64,000 nucleotides of DNA from Candidatus Zixiibacteriota bacterium (GTDB lineage: Bacteria > Zixibacteria > MSB-5A5 > UM-FILTER-46-8), in contig JALSTH010000040.1 of assembly GCA_026983835.1 (NCBI GenBank), forward strand, positions 510 through 64,509, in the 5' to 3' direction. A model generated the notes under the pieces. The model made no database searches. It was not told the origin of the DNA and saw only the letters and a program-made list of their open reading frames with translations. This document shows positions 10,355-19,956 of this stretch, piece by piece (within the stretch, counting starts at the first letter, position 1; each line of letters begins with the position of its first letter). The position numbers and the translations under genes were made by a program.

Positions 10355-10915
10355 TTACATCCCCAAATTGTATTTCACCCCGGCCATAATCCAAAGCTGA
10401 TTTACATCTGAAACCAACGAGTATCTAAATTCGGCAAAACCGTTTAAAAGGGGACTTAACTCCATCTCGGCACCACCCAGGAAATGAAAGCCAAATTTAG
10501 TATCGGTATCGGAGGTCGAACCGGATCCATACCAGCCGGAATCCCATTCGACTTTAGAGCCAAACATATGAAGTCCTATGCCGCCGCCGATATATGGTGA
10601 GAATTTGGATTGAGGAACCGGGAAGAAATATTTCCCGGATGTCAATATGGCGATATCGTGCATACTTACGCTTCCACCAACTTCATCATAACTTTTTGAC
10701 CAATAGGTAACCTCAGCTTCCCAGCCTAATTGGGGGATAATGGTACCGAGATCCGCTATGGCGCCGAAACCGAATGTGCCGTCGATATTTTCGGGTTTTA
10801 CATACCCGACTTTCGCACCGACAGCTTTCAAACGAATTGCCGATTGAGCAAATGCAGGTACAGCAACGGCAACGATACATAATGCTAAAATGGTGACGAT
10901 TACTTTCTTGGTCAT
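10355..10915 (-). CDS. Outer-membrane beta-barrel protein (OmpA-like/porin family)
   Basis: Signal peptide ending AFA; SPYIGGGIG; alternating beta-strands ending GVKYNLGM. Confidence 0.82.
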   Translation of the reverse strand: MTKKVIVTILALCIVAVAVPAFAQSAIRLKAVGAKVGYVKPENIDGTFGFGAIADLGTIIPQLGWEAEVTYWSKSYDEVGGSVSMHDIAILTSGKYFFPVPQSKFSPYIGGGIGLHMFGSKVEWDSGWYGSGSTSDTDTKFGFHFLGGAEMELSPLLNGFAEFRYSLVSDVNQLWIMAGVKYNLGM

Positions 10916-11135
10916 ACAATCCTCCTAACTGAATATTTTTTATTTATCGGATGTTATAATATTATGATATTTAATACTTAACTTGCCAATTCATTAACAC
11001 GCTCAAATCTTTTAAAATTATAGGGATTTATATAATGTCGTAATCTGTTAGTCAAGGGATTTCTGTTTCCTCTCTTTCCTTTTTTGAGAAATGATGTCCT
11101 TTGGGAAATGGGAACTTAACCAAATTTTTCAAGGT

Positions 11136-11164
11136 TTGACTTGACAAAAAGTCAATTTTATGAT
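11136..11164 (+). promoter_or_regulatory. Sigma70-like promoter overlapping a TTGAC/GTCAA inverted repeat
   Basis: TTGACT-N17-TATGAT; TTGACTT-N6-AAGTCAA palindrome. Confidence 0.45.
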
Positions 11165-11243
11165 AATGATAACTTAATATCAAATTCCTATATAAGTTAG
11201 GAGTGATGGATTTTTTTTGATTATCGGCTTTTCTCCTAAAATA

Positions 11244-11375
11244 GGTTATAAAAAGGAGTCGAAGCCGAGCCTTGCGATCTATGGAAATAACTGAAAAGCC
11301 GTTTTTATGTATATCGGCATTTCAGAAGGATCACTTTAAATGCGCTCAGGGAGCTTCGACTCCAAAATTTTAACC
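11244..11375. ncRNA. Unidentified long imperfect hairpin, candidate structured RNA
   Basis: Nested pairings GGAGTCGAAGC/GCTTCGACTCC, GAGC/GCTC, GATC/GATC, CTGAAA/TTTCAG and GCCG/CGGC in an ~820-bp intergenic region. Confidence 0.4.
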
Positions 11376-11734
11376 CGGACAGATAAAACTTCCAGAAGAA
11401 AAGGTTTTAAGTAAGTTCGTAATCCCTCGAATTTTAATCTATCCCGTAGAACGAAGCGTTGAATTTTCACCTGATTTCAACCCGCTATCGAGATTATTTT
11501 AAATCAATAATCAGAGAATAAATACTCCATTAGAATAATTTTGCAATCCCTCCCAATATTATCAAGTATTTTTAACCTTGACTTTATGGAAATTATTACT
11601 ATTTTTAAGACGGAAAGTAGATAATATTCTGATAATAGGTAATCCAACAAAAGATAAGGTCTGTTTCTTCTTTGGAATTCATTGAGATTAAATTAAAAGA
11701 TATACATTACTTTATCTGATATTATGGAGGATAA

Positions 11735-12271
11735 ATGAGTAAAAGGCTTGTAGTAGTAGCTATTTTTATTTTCGCCATTTTTATGGCTAACAACAGTTAC
11801 GCCGGTAAAAAAAAGGCGTTTGACTTCACATTAAACGATTTAAATAATAATCCAGTTAGTATGAAATCACTTTTAGGAAAGGGTCCTGTTTATATCGCCT
11901 TTTGGGCAACTTGGTGCAAACCTTGCAAAAATGAACTGGAGATTGTCAGCAAAATCTATGATGAATATAAAGATAGAGGGTTTCAACTTGTCGGTATTAA
12001 TGAAGATGCAGGCCATTCATTAGGAAAAGTAAAATCATTTGTTAAATCCCAAAAATGGAATTTCCCCATTTTATTGGACAAAAATGAAAAAGTAAAAAGG
12101 GATTACAAAGCTTTTGGATTACCATATTCGGTTATTTTGGATGCCGAAGGAAATATCATCCACACCGCTTACGGTTTCCGCCCGGGAGATGAGGTAAAAG
12201 TGAAGGAACTAATCGAATCCCATCTGTTAACGGATGAAGCAGATTCTACCGCAAAGAAAGCAACGGAATAA
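11735..12271 (+). CDS. TlpA/ResA-family periplasmic thioredoxin-like disulfide reductase
   Basis: Signal peptide; FWATWCKPC; GLPYS cis-Pro; GGAGG RBS. Confidence 0.93.
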   Translation: MSKRLVVVAIFIFAIFMANNSYAGKKKAFDFTLNDLNNNPVSMKSLLGKGPVYIAFWATWCKPCKNELEIVSKIYDEYKDRGFQLVGINEDAGHSLGKVKSFVKSQKWNFPILLDKNEKVKRDYKAFGLPYSVILDAEGNIIHTAYGFRPGDEVKVKELIESHLLTDEADSTAKKATE

Positions 12272-12291
12272 AATCGAAAGGATTTGATTAG

Positions 12292-13791
12292 GTGATTTAT
12301 ATGAATAGAGCTTTTTATTTTTTTATATTTTTACTTTTAACCTTGATAGTTATTCAAACAGTGCAGGCGGATGATGTTTCCATCCAAACCCAAAACAAGT
12401 TGGAATATTATTTAGACAGAAACCCGACCGATTCCGGGGTCCACAACGATAGTTTGCGCAATCGATTGACCGTTGATATGCTCTATGGTAATTTCTATGC
12501 CGGTATATGGTACGAAGCGTTCGAGCCAATTACGAGATTAACCACCGGAGACACATCTTATGAGGGAATTACCCAGAGGTATTTCGGCTGGACGGACGGC
12601 AATGCCGAGATAAGATTAGGGAACTATTATGCGAATTTCAATCGAGGCTTGATACTTCGGGCTTACGAAAATCAGGATGTCCAGATAGATAAGAACTTGG
12701 ATGGGGTGTGGGCGAGCTATCGGGGAAACAAATTCAACTTGGAGGCATTAAACGGGAAGATACTTCTTTCCGAGAACATTTTGCTTTCCCCTCTGATCCG
12801 CACGCGGGAAAATGACATTGTAGCTTTTCGAGGGGAATTGACACCTATCAGTAATATCTCCTTCGGCGGCGCCGCTTTGCGTTATAAAAAGAAAAACTCA
12901 TTTACCTCTGAGATAGAATATACCAATGCGCAGGAAATTACCGCCGGACTTACCTACGGTCCTTTTGATTTCTATGCCGATTATGGCCGTCAAGAAGGTA
13001 ATGAGGGGTTCTATATAGGGAGGCCTGATCTGAAAACAGGCGATGCGACCTATCTGACAGCTTCCTTCTCAACCGGACTTTTTGGCATCTCTGCGGAATA
13101 TAAGAATTATTATAATATGGCTTTGGATTTCAACGCCCCTCCTTCGGCGAACCATCGTGATCAATCGCCCAACGCTTTATGGGCGCAAAGTGGAGCTAAC
13201 GACAGGGGATTTCAGGTCTCGCTGTTTTTCGCTCCGCTTAATAATTGGACCGTTGAAGCCGATATCGCCCAGAGTGGTGAAAGACCCGATGAATACGGAC
13301 ATATCCAACAGAAAATATTCAACAACTTTTATGAGGTGCGGGGATATATCGGTAGGAATATTTTGATATTGAATTACGAACGCACCGATACCGGTGTCGA
13401 AGGATTGGAGCAATTGCCATACGGGGAGTTCACTTATTATCTCGATGATGACAACACTATCACACTGACCGGGCAGGTTAGAAAATTGGAACGCATTCGC
13501 GATTTGTTCGGTAAGGATGATTACAACGAAACCGACTACTCTATCTCATTTTCGCATTCGTATTTTCTTTCTATAACGGTTTACGGAGGCTTTACTTCGG
13601 AGGAGTTTCAACCTTGGGAACAATCCTTCCCCAAACGGAGCGGGGCGATATCATTGGGGCTTCGTTACGGGGAACATGATCTGAATATATTTTACGGGGA
13701 TCAGCGAGGCGGTTTCGTCTGCACCGAAGGCGCCTGTCGTGAAGTTCCACCATTTAGAGGTTTGAAAATAACTTTGGTATCGAGGTTTTAA
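12292..13791 (+). CDS. DUF6029-like outer-membrane beta-barrel protein with C-terminal CxxxxC
   Basis: Signal peptide; RGLILRAYE; C-terminus GGFVCTEGACREVPPFRGLKITLVSRF ending in Phe; lies between TlpA and Omp28-like genes. Confidence 0.72.
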   Translation: MIYMNRAFYFFIFLLLTLIVIQTVQADDVSIQTQNKLEYYLDRNPTDSGVHNDSLRNRLTVDMLYGNFYAGIWYEAFEPITRLTTGDTSYEGITQRYFGWTDGNAEIRLGNYYANFNRGLILRAYENQDVQIDKNLDGVWASYRGNKFNLEALNGKILLSENILLSPLIRTRENDIVAFRGELTPISNISFGGAALRYKKKNSFTSEIEYTNAQEITAGLTYGPFDFYADYGRQEGNEGFYIGRPDLKTGDATYLTASFSTGLFGISAEYKNYYNMALDFNAPPSANHRDQSPNALWAQSGANDRGFQVSLFFAPLNNWTVEADIAQSGERPDEYGHIQQKIFNNFYEVRGYIGRNILILNYERTDTGVEGLEQLPYGEFTYYLDDDNTITLTGQVRKLERIRDLFGKDDYNETDYSISFSHSYFLSITVYGGFTSEEFQPWEQSFPKRSGAISLGLRYGEHDLNIFYGDQRGGFVCTEGACREVPPFRGLKITLVSRF

Positions 13792-13859
13792 CTGTTATTG
13801 GGAATCAAATTGGAAAACAATATAAAATCAATAACCCTTTCATCTCTTAGGAGGAAAAA

Positions 13860-14897
13860 ATGAAAAAACTGTTATTGGCAACGGTGGCGATTTTCTTGCT
13901 TTCTTACGGGAATTCCTTTGCCACTCTAAGAATGCCGCTCGGGGAAATGTTCACCAACACCGGCTGCGGACCTTGCTATAACGCCGAGATAGCTCTGGAC
14001 AACATAATGGAGGAGCATTGGGATGATTATTCCCTAATCCGCTATCATGTCAGTTGGCCCAGTTCCGGCGATCCGTTTTATACTTTCAACAGAGCGGAAA
14101 ATATGGACAGGAACGATTATTACAACAATGATTATACCCCTCATCTTTTCATTGATGGCATTGTTGACGGTGAATATTATTACAACAATTGGGACGATCA
14201 ATTTGCGTTGCGCTGGGACACCCCGAGTCCATTGGAAATCGAACTGATAGGTCATTATAATGGCGCTGACCGAGAGAATCAACTGCATATTTCGATGACC
14301 GCCACCGATAATATCAATTTCAATGATTTGCGGCTGTTCTGCGTTTTGATTGAGAATTACATCCAATATAACGCTCCCAACGGTGTGCGGCAACACGATC
14401 AAACTATGAGGGATATAGTCCCCGATTCCGATGGTGAATCATTTACCATAAGCAACGGTGAAACGAAGGAGTTCGATTTTACAATCGCTTTGGACCCGCA
14501 ATTGGCTGAGGATAACTGCGAGATAGTGGTCTTCGTTCAGGATTATTCCACGAAGGAAGTCCTTCAATCGGCAAAGATCGATGCTACCTCCGGCCAGACC
14601 GGAATTGATAACGATGGAAATGCTCTAACCCCAAAGACTACGATACTTTCCCAGAATTATCCCAATCCATTCAACGCCGAAACATCGATAGCTTTCAGTC
14701 TTGACAAAACCTCTTTCGTGAACCTCTCGGTTTACAACCTTAAAGGACAAAAGGTTGCGGAGTTGGCAAATGGTAATTACAAAGCCGGATTATATTCGGT
14801 CAGTTGGGATGCTTCCGAGCAAGCATCGGGAGTTTATTTCTACCGTTTAAGTGCCAACGGCGAGGTTAGAACCAGACGAATGGCTTTAATAAAATAG
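13860..14897 (+). CDS. Secreted Omp28/thioredoxin-like protein, Cys form (CGPC), with C-terminal sorting domain
   Basis: Signal peptide ending SFA; EMFTNTGCGPC (C36/C39); YHVSWP; YTPHLFIDG; NYPNPFN...GVYFYRL...RMALIK tail. Confidence 0.88.
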   Translation: MKKLLLATVAIFLLSYGNSFATLRMPLGEMFTNTGCGPCYNAEIALDNIMEEHWDDYSLIRYHVSWPSSGDPFYTFNRAENMDRNDYYNNDYTPHLFIDGIVDGEYYYNNWDDQFALRWDTPSPLEIELIGHYNGADRENQLHISMTATDNINFNDLRLFCVLIENYIQYNAPNGVRQHDQTMRDIVPDSDGESFTISNGETKEFDFTIALDPQLAEDNCEIVVFVQDYSTKEVLQSAKIDATSGQTGIDNDGNALTPKTTILSQNYPNPFNAETSIAFSLDKTSFVNLSVYNLKGQKVAELANGNYKAGLYSVSWDASEQASGVYFYRLSANGEVRTRRMALIK

Positions 14898-14931
14898 AGA
14901 AAAAACTTAAAGCTTATTATAACTTGATGAT

Positions 14932-14956
14932 GGGCATTGGGAAATTCCCGATGCCC
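14932..14956 (+). promoter_or_regulatory. Intergenic stem-loop without U-tract
   Basis: GGGCATTGGGA-AAT-TCCCGATGCCC. Confidence 0.45.
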
Positions 14957-14994
14957 CCGTCGGATTAAGTTTTAATCATTCAAGAGGAAAGATT

Positions 14995-16038
14995 ATGAGA
15001 AAGATATTCTCGGCGCTTGGTTTAGCGGTAATTATATTGCTAACGGCAGGAAGCTCCTTTGCATTAGATCGAGTTGTTATAGGAGAGCTTTTTACCAACA
15101 CTTCGTGACCGTATTGTAAAAATGCTGAATTGCAACTCGATCAGTTGACCGAGGAATACGCCGATACGATCGCCATAATACGCTACCATGTCAATTGGCC
15201 AAGTAGCGGCGATCCTTTTTACCTTTTCAATCCCGATGAAAGTATGAACAGGAACGGTTTCTATGGAAATAGCTATACCCCTCACCTTTTCATAGATGGT
15301 TCTGTGGATGCAGGCTCCAATTATTCCGGTTGGGGGACTATGTTTATGGACCGATATGCTATACCATCGGATTGGCAAATTAACGCTAACGGAACTTTTA
15401 ACCCCATAACGCGGGTAATACACCTTAATATAAGCATCGATCTGGACGGCGAAAATCCGGATGGCGTAGAATTTATAAGAACTGCTCTTACCGAGAGTGA
15501 TTTACATTTCAACGCGCCGAATGGTTTAACGGTATTTAATCAGGTTTTCAGGAATATGATGCCCATTATCTATGGTGTGACTGTCGAACCTGATAGCAAT
15601 GGTCATTTCGAAACTTCTTTCGATTTCACTGTGGATGAGGAAATTATTACCGAAAACTGCGAACTTGTGATGTTTATCCAATCAACGCGGGAACATAAAA
15701 TATATCAGGGGTATAAAATGCCGTTTACCGATTTAATAGAATCTTCGGTATCGGATGATAACGATAATATCCCTAATGAGTTCGCTCTCATCGGCAATTA
15801 TCCCAACCCTTTTAACTCCTCGACGGTAATCGAATTCAAAACCGAAAACCGCGGGAATGTGAAGTTAGGTGTTTATAATATAGCTGGGAAGAAGGTTGTC
15901 GATTTAATTGATGGCGGGTTGCCTGCGGGGTATCATTCTATCACATTTAATGCCGATGAGCTTCCCTCCGGCATCTATTTTTATCGACTGCGTTCCAATG
16001 ATAAAACAGCTGTCGGCAGAATGACTCTCGTTAAGTAA
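14995..16038 (+). CDS. Secreted Omp28/thioredoxin-like putative selenoprotein (UPYC, Sec38), 347 aa
   Basis: ATG 14995 after GAGGA; signal peptide MRKIFSALGLAVIILLTAGSSFA; ELFTNTS-TGA(15106-15108)-PYC is in frame with ORF 15130..16038; the TGA aligns to Cys36 of the upstream paralogue. Confidence 0.88.
15110..15160 (+). promoter_or_regulatory. Putative SECIS element
   Basis: Hairpin CTCGATC-AGTT-GACCGAG (15136-15153), loop 34 nt after the UGA; possible lower stem CGTATT/AATACG. Confidence 0.72.
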
Positions 16039-16057
16039 TATCGATAATATCCCTGAT

Positions 16058-16092
16058 GTCAAGCGGCACGATTTTGCCGCTTGACTTTTTTT
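16058..16092 (+). terminator. Rho-independent terminator
   Basis: GTCAAGCGGCA-N6-TGCCGCTTGAC followed by a T-run. Confidence 0.85.
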
Positions 16093-16143
16093 ATTTGGCG
16101 ATTTATTTTTTAATTGAATTGATCTTGTCAAGCAGGTAAAATA

Positions 16144-17175
16144 TTGAAAATAATAACAGGTTTATTTCTATCTTTGATGCTTTTGGTGGGGGGTGATTCG
16201 TTTGCGGCGACAAGGGTTGTCGTGGGGGAAATGTTCACCAACACATCGTGAGGGGCTTGTTCCTTAGCCGATATGACTCTCGATCAGTTGACCGAGCAAT
16301 ACAAAACTCAAATCGCCGTAATCCGATACCATATATGGTGGCCCTCATCGAAGGACCCCTATTATCAATACAACCCTGAGGAAGCAACCGCCAGAAATAA
16401 CTTTTATGCCAACCAATACGCCCCGCATCTTTTTATCGAGGGAAGCGATTATGGGTCGGAGTATGAGCAATGGGAAACAGCCTTCCTGCAGAGGATGGGC
16501 ATATCTTCCGATTGGTTTTTCAGCGTAGGGGGTGATTATAACCCCGACAACCGAAATCTTCATTTGGATATCGATATCTTCCTTGAAAATGAAAATCCCG
16601 AAGGGGTGGAGTTCTTACGAATTGCGTTGGTGGAGAATAATATATTCTGGCAGGCTCCCAATGGCGTGGATTGGCATAATCAGGTTTTTCGCGATATGAT
16701 ACCCGATCCGAACGGAGTAGAAATAACTCCCGATAATTCCGGTGTCTTCCAGACGGAAGTCGATTTCACCATAGGGGAAGAGATAGTCCTCGAAAACGCC
16801 GAGCTTGTATTATTTATCCAATCGACACGGGATAAGGAAATACTTCAGGGATACAAGGCTGCCCTTTCGGATTTCGAGATTAACTCGATTGATGATTCCC
16901 AAAATAAACCGATTAACAAGGCAGAGCTTTTTAATTACCCGAACCCTTTCAATTCCTCAACTGAAATTAAGTTCTTTCTCCCCCACAACGGACAAGTAAA
17001 GTTGGAAATCTATAACCTTATCGGGGAAAGGATAGCAACCCCGCTAAATGATAAACTATCCGCAGGGGAACATTCCGTCCTTTTTAGGGCGGATAACTAT
17101 TCTACCGGGGTGTATTTTTGTAAATTATCTTATGGAAAATTAAATCTGATCAGCAAGATGGTCTGTATTAAATAA
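16144..17175 (+). CDS. Secreted Omp28/thioredoxin-like putative selenoprotein (UGAC, Sec36), 343 aa
   Basis: TTG 16144 after AGGT; signal peptide MKIITGLFLSLMLLVGGDSFA; EMFTNTS-TGA(16249-16251)-GAC is in frame with ORF 16273..17175; sorting-domain tail. Confidence 0.87.
16279..16302 (+). promoter_or_regulatory. Putative SECIS element
   Basis: Same CTCGATC-AGTT-GACCGAG hairpin, loop again 34 nt after the UGA. Confidence 0.72.
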
Positions 17176-17200
17176 TGTTTCAAGCGGCTTATGCTTAATA

Positions 17201-17764
17201 TTATAGCAACCGTTTTCTTCGCTTTCGTTTCTTTTTCTCTTTGGGCGGTTCCGGTGGGGGGTGTGGCTCATAGATGACGCTTGTTTCCGCCAAATTATCC
17301 TGAACCGAGTTTCGAGTTTCACCTTTCCCCTTCTTGAATAAATTATACAAAATCGAGAATAATTCAAATGGGTAGCCAAATATACGCTTGAAAGAAACCC
17401 ATAACCGCATTCTACCCCCTTCATTCCGAATAACCCTTATTTTGAGAATATTCTTTCCGATGGTTTGGCCGTTCCAATAGTAGGTGGTTAAGGTAAAATA
17501 TCCGACTCCTGCCAAAACAATAAGGACAAGACGAATAGCGATGGATGAGGGAATAAAATCGTTGAGCTCATAAAGAAATGAACCGCCCGCCCTAATATAC
17601 CAAATAATTATCCCAAGTATATAAAGCAGGATTTTATAGATAATGAGGATTATTATGAAATCTATCAGGAACGCATATCTCCTCCGGCGCATACCTGCGG
17701 GAAGTCGGCTGTATTCTATGTGATTATTGTTGTGCAATTTGCTGTGGTGCTTAAAGGAGTCCAA
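17201..17764 (-). CDS. RDD family membrane protein
   Basis: RRYAFLID, GQTIGKNILKIRV and QDNLAETSV motifs. Confidence 0.88.
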   Translation of the reverse strand: MDSFKHHSKLHNNNHIEYSRLPAGMRRRRYAFLIDFIIILIIYKILLYILGIIIWYIRAGGSFLYELNDFIPSSIAIRLVLIVLAGVGYFTLTTYYWNGQTIGKNILKIRVIRNEGGRMRLWVSFKRIFGYPFELFSILYNLFKKGKGETRNSVQDNLAETSVIYEPHPPPEPPKEKKKRKRRKRLL

Positions 17765-17793
17765 AATAATAACTCCCGTCGAGGTTAATGCGG

Positions 17794-18882
17794 TTAGTTG
17801 ACGGATTCTGAGGATTTTTCCAATAATTGCTGCGCTCGGTAATATTCCTGCAACTTTTCGATTATCGCACTCAAATCGCCGTTTAATATGGATTCGAGGC
17901 TGTGCAGAGTAAGCCCGATGCGGTGATCGGTAACCCGATTTTGGGGGAAATTGTAGGTGCGGATCTTTTCGGAACGGTCGCCGCTTCCAACCATCGCTTT
18001 CCGTTTTGAGGCTAGTTTTCGTTGTTCCTCTTGATTAGCTTTATCCAGCAGCCTCGCCCGTAGAACTTTCATCGCTTTGTTTTTATTCTTCAACTGCGAT
18101 TTCTCGTCCTGACAGGTAACGATTGTACCGGTAGGAATATGTGTTATTCGTACCGCCGAATCGGTGGTGTTGACCGATTGACCGCCGGGGCCCGAGGAGT
18201 GGAAAACATCAATACGCAGGTCATTCGGATTAATCTCGATATCCACTTCTTCCGCTTCGGGAAGAATCGCCACAGAAGCCGCCGATGTATGAATCCTACC
18301 AGATGCCTCGGTAACCGGAACCCGCTGTACCCTATGAACTCCCGATTCATACTTCAAAACACCGTAAGCCCCTTCCGCTTCAACGCTAAAAATAATTTCC
18401 TTGAAACCGCCAACGCCGGTGGGATTTGAACTCAGGACTTCTAACTTCCACCCCTTTTCCTCGATAAAATGGGAATACATCCGATATAAATCAGCCGCAA
18501 ACAGCGCCGCCTCATCGCCACCGGTACCGGCTCGTATCTCCACAATAGCTTTTTTACGGTCGTTGGGGTCTTTCGGGGCTAATAAATCCCGAAGCTTGTT
18601 CTCCAATTCATCCAACTTGGGAAGAAGCTCCTCTATTTCCGCATCCGCCAATTCCAAAAGATCTTCATCCTTCGAAATTTCCCTCAACTCCTTATCCTCG
18701 TTAATTCTCTCAAGGATCTTTTGGTATTTTTCGGAAATTTTTATAATTTCCTGCAGTTCAGAATGCTCACGGGCGATTTTACTGTATTTTTTATGATCTG
18801 CCAATATTTCGGGATTGGATAGCTCTTCGGTCAGCCTCGTGTGTTTTTCCCTGATATTATCTATAATCGATAAATCAATCAT
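17794..18882 (-). CDS. prfA: Peptide chain release factor 1
   Basis: PVT tripeptide (RVPVTE), GGQ motif, GTGGDEA. Confidence 0.98.
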   Translation of the reverse strand: MIDLSIIDNIREKHTRLTEELSNPEILADHKKYSKIAREHSELQEIIKISEKYQKILERINEDKELREISKDEDLLELADAEIEELLPKLDELENKLRDLLAPKDPNDRKKAIVEIRAGTGGDEAALFAADLYRMYSHFIEEKGWKLEVLSSNPTGVGGFKEIIFSVEAEGAYGVLKYESGVHRVQRVPVTEASGRIHTSAASVAILPEAEEVDIEINPNDLRIDVFHSSGPGGQSVNTTDSAVRITHIPTGTIVTCQDEKSQLKNKNKAMKVLRARLLDKANQEEQRKLASKRKAMVGSGDRSEKIRTYNFPQNRVTDHRIGLTLHSLESILNGDLSAIIEKLQEYYRAQQLLEKSSESVN

Positions 18883-18884
18883 TA

Positions 18885-19877
18885 CTATCTAACACTCTCA
18901 TTAGGGATACGAACCGATTTCAATTCCCCATCATAAACCACACACCCGGGATAATCTCCACCCAAAGAATGCGTAAGAGCACATATCGCCACCTCCAACA
19001 TTCCATCGTCCGGTTCCTGTGTCGTAATCATTTGTAGCCACAACCCGGGCTTTACCAATAAGGCAGTCAGCGGGTTATCAACCTTTTTGGCGGAAAGTTT
19101 CAGCAACTCATAAGATCCCCCGGCGACTAATGGGAGAAGCGAAAAATGAACGATAAAACGCTCCAACAGATATGGCGCACGGTTTGCTATAAGAGCAAAA
19201 ATGGTATCGGATATCGAATAGGTCAATATGGCTAACAGCGCTACTATTAAAATAAAACTCGTGCCGCAACGGGGATGCTTTGTGCTGTAAATACGGACAT
19301 TTTCAGGGGTCAGTTCCTGTCCCGCTTCATAAGCGTAAATCGATTTATGTTCAGCGCCATGATATGAAAATATTCGTTTAATCTCCTTGAATTTGGAGAT
19401 TATATATATATACAGCACAAACATTGCCATCCTAATTATCCCCGCAATGATATTGAAGGCAAAAGCGCCGTCATTTCCCTTCAACAAAGAGGTCAAGGCG
19501 ATTGGGACAAAGAAAAATATCAAAACCCCCACGCCCATAGCGACAATCGCCGTCAAAATCAAACTGAAACTAAAAAGTCCTCCGGAATCCGACTTTAACT
19601 TTCGCGGTTTGCCGGGCATAGCCTCATCGGCATCTCTGGCGGCGACCTCTGCGGAAAAGTTTAAGGTCTTAATCCCCAAAAGCAACATTTCAAAAAAAGC
19701 GATGGCGCCGCGTATGATTGGGATATCAAAACGGAGATGGCGTTTCACAAAGGGTTTATATTCCTCGCTTTTGACCAATATAGAACCGTTAATTCTGCGG
19801 ACTGCGGTGGAAACCCTATCCGCCGAACGCATCATAACCCCTTCGATTACTGCTTGTCCTCCGACATTAAATGGCAT
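18885..19877 (-). CDS. DUF1385 membrane protein (putative metalloenzyme)
   Basis: [27 protein letters not shown]. Confidence 0.92.
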   Translation of the reverse strand: MPFNVGGQAVIEGVMMRSADRVSTAVRRINGSILVKSEEYKPFVKRHLRFDIPIIRGAIAFFEMLLLGIKTLNFSAEVAARDADEAMPGKPRKLKSDSGGLFSFSLILTAIVAMGVGVLIFFFVPIALTSLLKGNDGAFAFNIIAGIIRMAMFVLYIYIISKFKEIKRIFSYHGAEHKSIYAYEAGQELTPENVRIYSTKHPRCGTSFILIVALLAILTYSISDTIFALIANRAPYLLERFIVHFSLLPLVAGGSYELLKLSAKKVDNPLTALLVKPGLWLQMITTQEPDDGMLEVAICALTHSLGGDYPGCVVYDGELKSVRIPNESVR

Positions 19878-19901
19878 ATAAAATAATCCTGCTAATAAAC
19901 A

Positions 19902-19940
19902 AAGCGGGCATAATCGAGGGAAACTTCGACAGCCCGCCTT
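19902..19940 (-). terminator. Probable terminator/attenuator after rpmE
   Basis: Minus strand GGCGGGC...GCCCGC followed by TTTGTTT. Confidence 0.5.
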
Positions 19941-19956
19941 AAGACATTAAACCTAT

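Noticed and set aside
11244..11375. 6S RNA or SRP RNA assignment
   Set aside because: Shorter than typical 6S, with no clear large central bubble and no SRP GGAA/AGCAG motif; left unassigned.
15106..16251. Genome-wide UGA reassignment (code 4 or 25) as the explanation for the in-frame TGAs
   Set aside because: TGA ends ordinary genes here (e.g. at 7873, rpiB 24934, polA 53946, 63184). The conserved housekeeping genes are full-length under the standard code, and both read-through TGAs align with Cys.
14995..17175. Both TGA genes as pseudogenes
   Set aside because: Same codon in two diverged paralogues, no other lesions, and a shared downstream hairpin. Not formally excluded until Sec machinery is found, since none lies in this window.
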